Below are positions 1 to 9,526 of a stretch of 64,000 bases of DNA, piece by piece. Source of the stretch: Candidatus Marinacidobacterales bacterium (lineage in GTDB: Bacteria > Acidobacteriota > Vicinamibacteria > Marinacidobacterales > DATDRI01); NCBI GenBank assembly GCA_965226495.1, contig OZ245365.1, positions 1,600,001 through 1,664,000 of the forward strand, written 5' to 3'. Every line of letters begins with the position of its first letter. Positions within the stretch are counted from its first letter, which is position 1. The position numbers were made by a program, and so were the translations under genes. Below the pieces are notes generated by a model. That model saw only the letters and a list, made by a program, of their open reading frames with translations. It ran no database searches and was not told the DNA's origin.

Positions 1-259
1 GAACGTTGATGAAGCGCTCGGGTGGTCGGTATTCAGATACCAACGCCTCCCAGCTGAGTTCTAGCGGCCAGCCGCGAAGACGATACCCGAAGATCGCCCC
101 GGGCCGAAGATCTTTCGGAAGTCGTTCTAGCTCGACGCCCGATGTGCTTGGTGTCACGAGCCGAAGATTCTCCGGAGTGTTGTAGAAGGCAAAGACCTCG
201 TTGATGGGCCGCGCAATCTTGGTGCTGTGTTCGATGAGGATGCTTCCTCCATTCCTCAT
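1..259 (-). CDS. SRPBCC/polyketide cyclase-like protein (3' end runs off window)
   Basis: Manual translation from ATG 259: MRNGGSILIEHSTKIARPINEVFAFYNTPENLRLVTP...LSWEALVSEYRPPERFINV. The IxRPxxEVFAF...PENL pattern is typical of SRPBCC. Not in ORF track because it is truncated. Confidence 0.75.
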   Translation of the reverse strand, partial: MRNGGSILIEHSTKIARPINEVFAFYNTPENLRLVTPSTSGVELERLPKDLRPGAIFGYRLRGWPLELSWEALVSEYRPPERFINV

Positions 260-271
260 GGGGGCCCTATC

Positions 272-670
272 CTATGTCCGGGGGGTGTCGGAATTCAACG
301 ACGTCTCGAGAAGCGGCAGGAGCCGGGCCGTCGCTGATTCGACGTGCTCGATGGCCTTTTGGCGCCGCCGGCCGGTCAGCGCTTCGTTGAGGACGACGGT
401 TACCAGCGCCCGTGAGTTCACCTGGCGCACCAATACGGTCGGATACGGATCTTCCTTTCCTTCACCGAGGAGTGCCCCCAGTAACGGGGTCATGGACGCA
501 AGAGGGTAAGGGAGCGGGAGGTCGACGTTCCCGAACGCGCCAAAGGGAGTTCCCGCCTCATCTACCAAGAAGGCCGAGCGCGCACCGAGCTGCGACACCA
601 GGTCGGCGAGCACCTCGCGAATCGGCGCTATGGCTCCGGGGCGCGAAAGAATTTCGTCCGACAAAGACAA
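272..670 (-). CDS. Roadblock/LC7 (MglB-like) fold protein, putative
   Basis: 132 aa; LxxLxxxxGARSAFLVDEAG pattern resembles roadblock/LC7 proteins; GGAG upstream of TTG start. Confidence 0.5.
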   Translation of the reverse strand: MSLSDEILSRPGAIAPIREVLADLVSQLGARSAFLVDEAGTPFGAFGNVDLPLPYPLASMTPLLGALLGEGKEDPYPTVLVRQVNSRALVTVVLNEALTGRRRQKAIEHVESATARLLPLLETSLNSDTPRT

Positions 671-714
671 CGTTTCACTCCAGTTGATATGTTATGAACA
701 GCCTTGAGCCAGCG

Positions 715-810
715 CGAAGTCGCCGCCGGCCGCGGAGCCTTCAGCCGCCTCGTAGCCCGAGGTTGCGGAGAGGCTGGCGACGGGGGTGGGGTCCCCGTCG
801 CATTGATAAG
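715..810. repeat. REP-like intergenic element (hairpin GCGACGGGG-GTGGGGT-CCCCGTCGC plus GAGCCTTCAGCC motif)
   Basis: Perfect 9-bp stem at 777-801; same core recurs more than 10 times in the window. Confidence 0.75.
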
Positions 811-1022
811 CGACGCTTGCCGAGCGGAGGCCAGGGGCCGAACGAAGAGTGAGGCCCCGAGTACTTGAGGTCGACGAAGCGCGACCCGTTGGGGGGTGTC
901 CGCCTCCGCTCGCGTTGAGGATTGGCCTTCGCGAGCTTTGGCGAGACCGCGCCGTAGCCCGCAGGGTCCGGTTGTGGGCGTAGGCGGGGGGCCCCGACGG
1001 AGTCAATATTTCCAGGAGGCAC

Positions 1023-1640
1023 GTGACGAGCAAGAATTCACTTATAGCGGTGCCTCTTTCGCTCAGCGACACCGTTCTGATGGGTCTCTACATTGGGGCA
1101 GAGCTGGCCGCCAACGTGACGGAGGCCAAGCCCGTCCATTTGTGGGGACTCACTGTCGATGGCGGAACGCTCATCTATGCCCTCACCTTCACTTTGCTCG
1201 ACCTATTCCACGAGAAGCAGGGGAAAAAAGGGGCACAGAAACTGGTTATAGCCACCTTCGCTGCCAATTTGCTTCTCGCCGCCTACGTGCATCTTACCGT
1301 CCTACTGCCTTACCCGTCCTTCTACGAAGGCCAGGAGAGTTATCGGCAGGTGCTCGGGGCGACCCCTCGCATCGTAGCGGCTAGCCTCACCGCGTTCCTC
1401 CTGGCCTCGCTGCTCGATGCCGAAGTCTACGCATGGTTCAAGCGGAAAATTCGTGGCCATCGTTGGCTCTGGGTCTTGAGCAGCAACGCCGCGGCGACTT
1501 TCTTGGACAGCGTCCTTTTCATCACACTCGCTTTCTACGGTCGCTTTCCCCTACTGCCTCTCGTCATCGGCAACTTCATCGTCAAGATGGTGGTGACCGT
1601 GATGAGCCTGCCCTTGATTTACGTCCGTGGGCGCTCGTGA
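1023..1640 (+). CDS. Queuosine precursor transporter, VUT/YhhQ family
   Basis: 205-aa membrane protein with TPRIVAASLTAFLLASLLD and FLDSVLFITLAFYG motifs; AGGAGG RBS before GTG. Confidence 0.88.
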   Translation: MTSKNSLIAVPLSLSDTVLMGLYIGAELAANVTEAKPVHLWGLTVDGGTLIYALTFTLLDLFHEKQGKKGAQKLVIATFAANLLLAAYVHLTVLLPYPSFYEGQESYRQVLGATPRIVAASLTAFLLASLLDAEVYAWFKRKIRGHRWLWVLSSNAAATFLDSVLFITLAFYGRFPLLPLVIGNFIVKMVVTVMSLPLIYVRGRS

Positions 1641-1703
1641 TAGGATGCCCTGGGTGTTCCAAAGCGGCACCCGAGTAGGCCTAACAGCTTAGCGGAGACT
1701 AAG

Positions 1704-1904
1704 ATGCTTTTACCATTGGTATTTGGACCGCTCGGTATTCCCGAGCTCCTAATTATCCTCTTCATCGTCTTTCTGATCTTCGGTGCGAACAAGCTTCCCC
1801 AACTTGGTGCTGGATTGGGAGAGGGGATTAAAAACTTCAAGAAATCCATCAAGGGCGATGGCGAAGAGCTGCCCGGCAAGAGCTCCGACGAAAAAGAAGA
1901 TTAA
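1704..1904 (+). CDS. tatA: Twin-arginine translocase TatA/TatE subunit
   Basis: [38 protein letters not shown] is the TatA signature. Confidence 0.93.
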   Translation: MLLPLVFGPLGIPELLIILFIVFLIFGANKLPQLGAGLGEGIKNFKKSIKGDGEELPGKSSDEKED

Positions 1905-1947
1905 CCGTTTCCCCCCTGAGTCGGTGTCGGCTGTATCGACGCTTCGC

Positions 1948-2466
1948 TTACCGCGCAATGTCCGTAATGATGAGTGTGTTGGTGCGTTCGTCGAACGCAA
2001 CCTCCCCGCGAGGAGACAGGGTTCGCTGAAGAACCGGGGCTAGATCGCGCGCGCGGGCGTAAGAGAGTCGACGATAGCTCGTCTGGAGCGGACCGGATTG
2101 ACGCTTTTCCTCTTCGTACTTCCTCCGCTCCGCTTGCTCTTGAGTCAATCGCGCCAAAGTTGCCACACGGATCAAGTTTTCACCCATGCGGTCTTCAACG
2201 AGCCGGCAGTTTCTAAGCGTTAGTTCCATCACTTGACGCCAGGTTACGCTCTTTACAGCCAACGTGAATTGGCACTGCACTTCCGGATCCGCGACCAAAT
2301 TGAAGTCGCCCACCTCAGCGAGGAGCCGGAGGATGTCCAAGACGTTTGCGTCTTTAACGTCAAGGTCGATGAGAGTTTCCGAAGTCTCTCCGGGTTGTGA
2401 ACTCCGTTCTGCAGGGACGTTGGGCGACTGTAAGAGTAGCAGGCTCAAGAGCACCGTCGACGTCAC
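1948..2466 (-). CDS. Secretin N-terminal-domain-only protein (PilQ-like N0/STN + N domain, no secretin barrel)
   Basis: Signal-like N-terminus; IDLDVKDANVLDILRLLAEVGDFNLV and LSYARA...DERTNTLIITD match PilQ periplasmic domains; stop follows directly. Confidence 0.75.
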   Translation of the reverse strand: MTSTVLLSLLLLQSPNVPAERSSQPGETSETLIDLDVKDANVLDILRLLAEVGDFNLVADPEVQCQFTLAVKSVTWRQVMELTLRNCRLVEDRMGENLIRVATLARLTQEQAERRKYEEEKRQSGPLQTSYRRLSYARARDLAPVLQRTLSPRGEVAFDERTNTLIITDIAR

Positions 2467-3197
2467 AAGTTCACCTCTTGGCCGTCGTCCGCCAATTCGA
2501 AACCAAGCTGGGAGCGTCGGCTGAGAACATCCTCTCCCGCATGTAACAGGAGCGTCCGCTTCGCGCCGATCTCACTGCGGTGCTCCTCCAGTTCCTTGTA
2601 GGACATGTGAAATTCGATTTTTTCCTCGTAGGACGAGCACTCGCAAATGAAGAGGTCTGCCCCCTGGGTTTGATGGGCAAGTTCATCCGTCCACTCGGTG
2701 TCGCCGGAGTAGACCACGGTGCGTCCGTTCAAGCTCAGTCGGTAGCCGAACGCGATACCCTGCGGGAAATGGCGTACCGGGAACGCCGTCGCCTCTAGAC
2801 CACCCCACCGACCGGTTTCTCCTGCCTTCATCTCGCGAAAGACCAAATCGAAATTTCGTGGCTTCGCCTCGAGTCCCGGAAAGAGCAGGGACACGGCTTG
2901 TGCAATCTTGTCTTTGGTGCCGTCGGGCCCTACGATCGTCAGCCCGCGATCACGGGCCTGCTGGTACTGGAACTCCAGCAAGAGGAACGGCACCCCCGAG
3001 AAGTGGTCCCCGTGATGATGGCTGATGAATACCATATCGATACAGACCGGTGACTCATTCAAATGTTTCATCATTCGAAGAGCGGAAGGGCCGCAGTCGA
3101 GGAGCATGCCCATCTCCTCTGACTGAACGAGGATGGAGATGGGATTTCGGCCGCCACTCCCGAAAGCATTTCCCGTTCCGAGGAAGAGGACCTTCAA
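2463..3197 (-). CDS. MBL-fold metallo-hydrolase (RNase Z/BN-like)
   Basis: FLGTG, LLDCG, HHHGDH (HxHxDH), YSGDT motifs. TTG 3197 is the likely start (ORF track extends to 3269). Confidence 0.88.
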   Translation of the reverse strand: MKVLFLGTGNAFGSGGRNPISILVQSEEMGMLLDCGPSALRMMKHLNESPVCIDMVFISHHHGDHFSGVPFLLLEFQYQQARDRGLTIVGPDGTKDKIAQAVSLLFPGLEAKPRNFDLVFREMKAGETGRWGGLEATAFPVRHFPQGIAFGYRLSLNGRTVVYSGDTEWTDELAHQTQGADLFICECSSYEEKIEFHMSYKELEEHRSEIGAKRTLLLHAGEDVLSRRSQLGFELADDGQEVNL

Positions 3198-3219
3198 TGT
3201 TTGGCGTTCCGCTTCCGAT

Positions 3220-4650
3220 TTAGGACGGGGGTTTCGAGTTGCGAGGGAAAAGGAGGATTGAGTCTCCATTTTGTCGCTCGCCGGTTGGATCGGAAGGCGA
3301 GTTCACCAGCCGGTTGCGCACTGCCATTGCGGTAGACCCGCCACCATCTAGGTTCATCGCAGAAACCGCACCGAGCTCGATGAATAGATCGGTCAACTCG
3401 GCGAGCGACATCCCGACGCTCGTTCGGGGTTGGCGGCCGTCGACGGTGACAAACAGCAACGTGCCGTCGGCTCCTACTCCGATTCCAGTTCGCGGGTGAC
3501 GAGAGTGGTAGAAGGCTTGGGATATAGATTCAGTCTCTGGGTCCTCGATCCGCCTCCCCTCGGAAAGAAGCAGAGGTCCGCCTCCGACTATCGACGTGGC
3601 CTCACTCCAGTTTCCCCGGTACTCGGATCGGGATGGCACGACGGAGAGGTCGAGACTCAAGTTGTGACCGACCTGGAATCGGGGGAGCAACTCCACAGCT
3701 CGCGAAGTCGAAATGGAAATGACAAACCCCTCGCGAGGTATGACAGAGCTTCCGCTCTCCGACCTGATCTCGTCGATGCGGTTTTCGCGCACCACGATTT
3801 CTGCACCACCCGGTGGGGTAAGAGTTGTTCTATGGAACTCCGGCGTGTAGAGGACGATTTCCTTCCGCCCTCGGCGGCGATTGACGCCGTCGAGTTTTTG
3901 GCGTGTGCCGTTTTCGAAGACCAGCTCTCCTCGAAAGTGAAGTCTCCCAAACAGGAAGTGTGTCCTTCCCGCGCTATCCAGAATGCCCAGGGCGGCACGC
4001 CCCCGATCCGGCTCGGAGAGGAGCGCGCCTTCCACTCGAAGCACACCTAGAGCGTCGCCTTGGAGGATGCCGGTCCGCAGGTAGTAACCACCGTTAATGG
4101 CGGCGATGGCACCGCGTCGGCGGGCAAGACCGCTCGTTGTCTCGAGTCCGATAGCCGCGTCGTAGGCGTGGGCAACCTGCACCCGAGTTTGAATGGGGTC
4201 CGCCTCGAGGATGTGGATCTCCCAAGGGCCGTCCGGGTTGGTCACGTCCTGACCGTATTCTTCAATGGTCATGTCCGCGGTGAAGCCCGAGGCGCTCAGC
4301 ATCTGTCGTTGTGTCTCCGCGGTTTGCCGATCGGGCAGGGCCTCTACGCAGATTCGATAACGAAGGCCACGGTAGTGAGGCGCGGCGGCTACTCCTTCGT
4401 TTTTCACGCGGGTAAGCATCGCATCGGCCTGGGTTTGAGAGTCGAACGAGCCGACCAGGATCCGGTAACGAACGGATGAAGAAGTGCTACCCCGAAGGAT
4501 TCGCGTGTGTCGGAGCCCCGGTGCGAGGAGCTCTTCGGTTCTCTTATCGAGCGGAGACGATCCGTAAGCGTCCGGAAAGCTCCAAATGGCAAGACAAACG
4601 GCGGCGAGGCCCACGGGCCAAGATAGGAAGGACTGGACAAGCCGGGTCAT
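3220..4650 (-). CDS. Phosphodiester glycosidase (NAGPA-like) family protein with SPOR-like N-terminal domain
   Basis: AAINGGYY, RHPRTGIG, VDGRQ, AMNLDGGGST motifs; YRILVGSF...A pattern is SPOR-like; hydrophobic N-terminus. ATG 4650 lies 2 nt after the upstream stop. Confidence 0.85.
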   Translation of the reverse strand: MTRLVQSFLSWPVGLAAVCLAIWSFPDAYGSSPLDKRTEELLAPGLRHTRILRGSTSSSVRYRILVGSFDSQTQADAMLTRVKNEGVAAAPHYRGLRYRICVEALPDRQTAETQRQMLSASGFTADMTIEEYGQDVTNPDGPWEIHILEADPIQTRVQVAHAYDAAIGLETTSGLARRRGAIAAINGGYYLRTGILQGDALGVLRVEGALLSEPDRGRAALGILDSAGRTHFLFGRLHFRGELVFENGTRQKLDGVNRRRGRKEIVLYTPEFHRTTLTPPGGAEIVVRENRIDEIRSESGSSVIPREGFVISISTSRAVELLPRFQVGHNLSLDLSVVPSRSEYRGNWSEATSIVGGGPLLLSEGRRIEDPETESISQAFYHSRHPRTGIGVGADGTLLFVTVDGRQPRTSVGMSLAELTDLFIELGAVSAMNLDGGGSTAMAVRNRLVNSPSDPTGERQNGDSILLFPRNSKPPS

Positions 4651-4652
4651 GA

Positions 4653-4952
4653 TCAAGGGGGTGAAGGGGCGCAGTCCCCGCACAGGAACCTCGATTTGGG
4701 GCTGTCGGTGTTGACGACGCGGGAACAACGAGCGCATTCCCTACGATCGCGTCCCAGGAAATGCTCCGCTTTGCGGTCCACCAAGTCGCCGAGATAGCGC
4801 TTGAGTGCGGCGAGGTCTCCACCCGCGAACCACTGCGAATCCTCGCTCGGATCCTCCCCCGGGTGGCTGCGCTCGGAGGTCGATACCTCGATGCGGCGGC
4901 CTTCGCCATCGTCAGTCTGCCAGGAGCTTTCGATGCGGATCTCGATGGCCAT
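4653..4952 (-). CDS. Small hypothetical protein with C-terminal CxxC-x14-CxxC zinc-finger-like motif
   Basis: 99 aa; GAAGGA RBS; CARC...CGDC; fills the gap between larE and the NAGPA gene. Confidence 0.6.
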   Translation of the reverse strand: MAIEIRIESSWQTDDGEGRRIEVSTSERSHPGEDPSEDSQWFAGGDLAALKRYLGDLVDRKAEHFLGRDRRECARCSRVVNTDSPKSRFLCGDCAPSPP

Positions 4953-5003
4953 AACGTCCTTCGTCTGAAACGGAGAACCGGTTTATCGTCTCGGAAGGAG
5001 GGA

Positions 5004-5885
5004 TTATACCACCGGGAGCTTCAAGGCTGGAAGCACCTCGTTCAGGCTTCCAGTCCGGTAACCTTGGAGGTCGACGGTCACGTACGTGAAGCCGAGCTCT
5101 TTGAACGTCGTCAGCAACTTTGGAACCATGTTTGCCGACAAAGCGCGGGCGATTTCCTCGGGTGCGAACTCGAGCCGTACGAGCTGGTCGTGGTGGCGTA
5201 CTCTAAAATGACGAAATCCCAGCTCACGCAGCGCGCTCTCACCGTCTTCCACCGTTTTGAGCTTTTCGGGTGTTACGGGACTTTCATAAGCGATGCGCGA
5301 GGACAAGCACGCCGATGCGGGCTCGTCGGCGGTGGGAAGAGAGACTTGGTGAGAGAGGTAACGTATCTCCGACTTCGTTAAACCCGCTTCCTCGAGTGGG
5401 CTCCTCACGCTCAAGGCTTTGGCCGCCCGTCGTCCGGGGCGGAAGTCCCCCAAATCGTCGGCGTTCGAGCCGTCAGCGACGCAGTCGAAACCTCGCTCGT
5501 CGGCCAAGCTTGCGAGCCGGGTGTACAACTCGTTCTTACAGTGAAAGCATCGGTCGCTTCCGTTTGCACGATAGGCCTCGATTTCGACCTCGCTCGTTGG
5601 GACGAAAACGTGGGGAATGCCGAATTGGGCACTGATTCGCTTCGCCATTTGCCTTTGATAGTCAGGGTAGCTCGGGCTTTCGCCGGTGACCGCGAGCGCC
5701 GCTTTGCCGAGTGAACGGTGGGCCGCATAGGCCAAGTACGCGCTATCCACTCCGCCGCTGAACGCCACCACAACAGAGCCCATCTCCTTCAGGATCGACT
5801 CCAGCGTCGCGCGCTTCTTCTCCGCCCTCTCGATCAAAGTCTCTCCCGATCCAGCTCCTTCCGTCTTGGTGTCCTGTTCTCTCAA
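5004..5885 (-). CDS. larE: ATP-dependent sulfur transferase, LarE family (PP-loop)
   Basis: AFSGGVDS PP-loop, RCFHCK, DGSNADDLGDFRPG, SACLSSRI, RVRHH, GYRTGSLN. Confidence 0.92.
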   Translation of the reverse strand: MREQDTKTEGAGSGETLIERAEKKRATLESILKEMGSVVVAFSGGVDSAYLAYAAHRSLGKAALAVTGESPSYPDYQRQMAKRISAQFGIPHVFVPTSEVEIEAYRANGSDRCFHCKNELYTRLASLADERGFDCVADGSNADDLGDFRPGRRAAKALSVRSPLEEAGLTKSEIRYLSHQVSLPTADEPASACLSSRIAYESPVTPEKLKTVEDGESALRELGFRHFRVRHHDQLVRLEFAPEEIARALSANMVPKLLTTFKELGFTYVTVDLQGYRTGSLNEVLPALKLPVV

Positions 5886-6055
5886 ATTTCACCCCATTCT
5901 CCGCCTTCAATCGGTGCCAGCTCTAGTTCAATCGGGCCGACGCTCAACACTCGGAGATCCACGCCGCACTCCGGGCAGCTGATCACTTCGCCTTGGTCTA
6001 CATCCAGATCATCAATTTCGATCTCGGACTCACATTCTGGACAATCAGGATGCAT
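5882..6055 (-). CDS. lysW: LysW-like amino-group carrier protein homolog (57 aa, variant C-terminus)
   Basis: Manual translation MHPDCPECESEIEIDDLDVDQGEVISCPECGVDLRVLSVGPIELELAPIEGGEWGEI; two CPEC motifs, very acidic, WGE near the end; GGAAGAGG RBS; TGA overlaps larE TTG. Below the ORF-track length cutoff. Confidence 0.85.
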   Translation of the reverse strand: MHPDCPECESEIEIDDLDVDQGEVISCPECGVDLRVLSVGPIELELAPIEGGEWGEI

Positions 6056-6287
6056 AGCCTCTTCCGTAAAGTACTATGAGACAGTATTGGGTCAATAAAT
6101 TTCACTTCCGCTGTCGTTCTCGAGCCTTCACGAACTGAGATTGAGCGTCAAGAGCTCGTTGTGGATCTCTGCTACTCGTTCCGGAGCAGAATTATAGCAA
6201 CTCTCGAAATGCCATCGCAAGCTTGCCATAATCCTCGATACTATTTAGAATCAAACCTTTAGTTCGACGGTCCGAAGGGGGGAGAGG

Positions 6288-6692
6288 TTGACCGAGTTAG
6301 ACGACCAGGCGCGGAGCGTGTTGGATGCCGTTCTTCAAATCGTTTCTGCCTTCGATCGCAGAGATCTCGACAGCTTGATTGCCGCCCACTACCAGGGATC
6401 CGAGTCGAGTATGATTCCCGCCGGAGTGAGCACTCGGGCAAGCGGCTGGGAAGCAGTTCGAGACCGATTGGAGACCTTGCTCGGCGAATTCCAGCACTCG
6501 AAGACAACCGTGCATGAACCCGAGGTATCGCTTTTCGGCGACGTGGCCATCATCGACTACAAAAAGAAAATACACAGCAACGTTCATGACATCGAGTTCG
6601 CCTGGGAGGGATGGGTTACCGACGTGATGGTTCTTCGCGAGGGACGGTGGTTGAGAGTCCACCATCACGCCTCGGACCGACGCCAGCCTTAA
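6288..6692 (+). CDS. NTF2/SnoaL-like (DUF4440-type) protein
   Basis: AFDRRDLD, GWEAVR, GDVA and C-terminal EGRWLRVHHHAS pattern; GGAGAGG RBS. Confidence 0.8.
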   Translation: MTELDDQARSVLDAVLQIVSAFDRRDLDSLIAAHYQGSESSMIPAGVSTRASGWEAVRDRLETLLGEFQHSKTTVHEPEVSLFGDVAIIDYKKKIHSNVHDIEFAWEGWVTDVMVLREGRWLRVHHHASDRRQP

Positions 6693-6694
6693 GG

Positions 6695-6955
6695 GGGCAG
6701 TGCGCGCTCAGTTTTTCATCAGCGCTCGCGGGGGCCCCACCCCCACGAGCTACAACTGGGCTGATGGCTCCGGCTCTCGCTTCGCGTCTCGCTGCGCTCG
6801 GGCTGAGGGCTCTCATTAATGCCGCTGGGCCCCACCGCCGTCTGGCTAGCTCCGGTCAAAGCAACCTCCTAATTTGACGGCCAGCAGGAACTGAGTGCCC
6901 GCCTGGCTAGCTCCAGATTGGCTACAACCTGTTTTGGCGGCAAGCAGGGCAGGTG
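6695..6955. repeat. Composite REP-like element cluster between convergent genes
   Basis: GCTCGCGGGGG-CCCCAC-CCCCACGAGC hairpin, GCTGAGGGCTC motif, second core near 6827, CTGGCTAGCTCC repeated at 6842 and 6904. Confidence 0.7.
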
Positions 6956-6969
6956 GGTGCCTGCCTCTG

Positions 6970-9526
6970 CTAGGGGTTTAGGAGAAGGCGGCTTTCCACG
7001 GCTCCGTCGATCTGTACGCGGTCGAAAAGCAGAGGATGGTTGCGACCCGCTTGCCAGTCTCCGTTCTGGTCGAAATAGTGGGGACTCAAAGGGTGGCCCG
7101 ATGCTCCGGTGGGGACTACAGAGCTGGTTGCATTCCAATTGGCGACGTCCATCACTAAACGCAGGGACGTCCCGGCGGGGGCGGCGAACGGATCGCTGAG
7201 TGAAACCATTGCGTTCGCGATGGTGTAGGTCGAGCCGCCAAAAGGTGAGGGGCCGCGATTGAAAATCCACCCGAGCAGGGGGCTCTGTCCCAGCGGGTGC
7301 TCGAACAAAACACCGTGCAGTGCCGCCCAGTCCCATCCCGAGGGATCTTGGCCTTGCCGAGTGCCCAGGAGTGCGATGGCTTCCGCAAAACTTTGCATGA
7401 AAATCGCGTTGCGATCTTCCACTGCCGGCGTGGTGCGGTTGTCCCACCATTCAGAGTTGGGGTCGTCGACGATCGCATAGATGCCACCCGGATGCCCCAT
7501 TTCGACGAAGTCCAAGAAATCTGAATAGAGGGCGTCTGAAATGTCGTCTTGAAAGGTGTTCGCCAGCAGCCGCGCGTAGAATGCTTGATAGAGCGCGGGA
7601 GCGGCACCCCCTCCCATTCTTCCGTCCCAGGTTCTCAATAAACTCTGTGCGTCGCTCGCATCACCGGGATCTACGTTCAATGCCACCACGTAACGGAGTA
7701 GCGACTCGGTTGAGATGTCGTATCGATCCGCCTGGATGGCTTGGAAGTCGGCGGCTCCCAGCTGGGCACGGGATCCGACGAGCGCCGCGATACGGTTGGC
7801 TCGGAACGGGGCCAGTTGATCCCGGCCCAAGGGATAGTCCGTTTCGTCCAGCACCATCTTGTGGTTTGCTGAAATGATGAAGCCTTCTTCGGGGTTCAGG
7901 ACGCACGGGCTTCAACTCATGCGGGATATAACCTTGCCACTCGAATTGCCCCGACGCACCGTCGACGGGTGTGGTCGTCCAGTCGAAACCCGTTCGAACC
8001 GGCACCTCGCCCGCGGGGAAGAAACCGATGTTGCCTTCGACGTCGGCGTAGACGAAGGCGAGCGCCGGGCTCGTCAATGTCCGAAGCGCCTCGGTGAATT
8101 CGAACCAGCCGCTAGCGCGATTCAACCTTAGCAGAGCGAGCGCACTATCACCGTTCCACGGGGCGTCCCAGCGGAGGGCGAGCATTTGGCCGTTCTGCGG
8201 TTGCTCGGAAACGACCACACCGTGTCGACTATGCTGGATCGGTAGGGTGACGGGAGTCCCTCCTGCCACCGAGATTGTCTCCTGAAAGCTCTGAAAGCTT
8301 TCCCATACATCACCCACCGCGTATTGCCCCGGGTCGGACGGGTTGATCCTCTCGACGTAATGGTCTTGGACGTCCGCATAGAGCGCGGTGACTCCCCAAG
8401 CGATGCGATCGTTGTGTCCGATGATCACCATGGGGAGACCGGGGAGACTTGCTCCCGCCACGTTGAGACCTGCGCCAGAGAGATGAATTTCATACCACGT
8501 CGAGGGAATACCGAGTCGCAAGTGCGGATCGGATGCAAGGAGGGGTGCACCGGTCGTCGAGCGTGCACCTGATACGACCCAAGCATTGCTAGCGCCCGCC
8601 CGCAGAAAGCGATGACCGGAGGGAGCGGACAGAGACGCCAGCTTTCCCAGGCCCTGGCCCGCTTCCGTGTTGTTCGCGCTGTCGGTGGGCGGTGGTGCGA
8701 GTCCGGTTAGGAGGTAAGCCGCTTCGATCCCCACCGTTTCTGTCAGTTGTGAGCGCAATAGTTCGACCGATGCGTTCTCGGAGAGCAGAAGCGACATCCA
8801 TTTAACGATGGCCAGACTGTCGGCCGGTTCCCAGGGGCGCGGTTGGAAACCGAGGATCTGGAACTCCGGCGGAAGGCTGCCCTTTTGTGCGGTCAAGTAC
8901 GCGTTCACCCCCTGCGCGTATGCATCTAGTACGGCACGGGCCTCCGGATCCGTTCGTTCCAGCTCCGTGCGGGCGGCCAGACCCAGGCCGAGCCGACGAA
9001 CTCTACGGTCGAGTGATAGCCCGGGCTCTCCCAGAACTTCGGCCAGCGTTCCCGTGCCCATGCGGCGCGAGAGCTCCATCTGGAACAGACGATCTTGCGC
9101 ATGAACGAAACCGGTGGCGCGGGCAACGTCTTCGACACTGGTCCCGAATATGTGAGGGACGCCGAAAGGATCGCGAAGCACCTCGACGGGAGCGGAAAGA
9201 CCGGTCAGTTTCAGCGAGCCGTCGAGCTGAGGTAGTGATGCTTGGGCACGGTAATACAGGTAGCCACCACTGCCGAAGATAACGAGCACGAGGGTCAAGA
9301 ATAGGATCTTCAGCCACAGCGCCATAGGTCCCCGGGGTTGCTTGGGACGGGGAGGGGCCTTTTTACGGGGTGGCTTTCGTGATGGAAGTGCCGCGGGAGG
9401 GCGCTTCGGCGCGCCCGGTTTGCGAGGTGGCGGAAGCTTTTTCGATCCACCGGGTGGGCGAGGTGGTCGGGGGCCCCGGCCGACGATGCTTCGAGGTCGT
9501 CCGGCAGGTTTCATTCGCGGTCTCAC
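6970..9526 (-). pseudogene. Penicillin acylase family (Ntn-hydrolase), frameshifted near 7900
   Basis: GVPHI, AQDRLFQM, GASNAWVVSG nucleophile, ASDPHL, YADVEGNIG in ORF 7661-9526. Homology continues in another frame (VLNPEEGFIISANHKM...) into ORF 6970-7857 (GASGHPLSPHYFDQ). Real lesion or sequencing error. Confidence 0.8.

Noticed and set aside
900-1022. preQ1 riboswitch upstream of the queuosine precursor transporter
   Set aside because: No short stem plus A-rich tail matching preQ1-I; much of the upstream region is REP-like sequence. An Rfam scan would be definitive.
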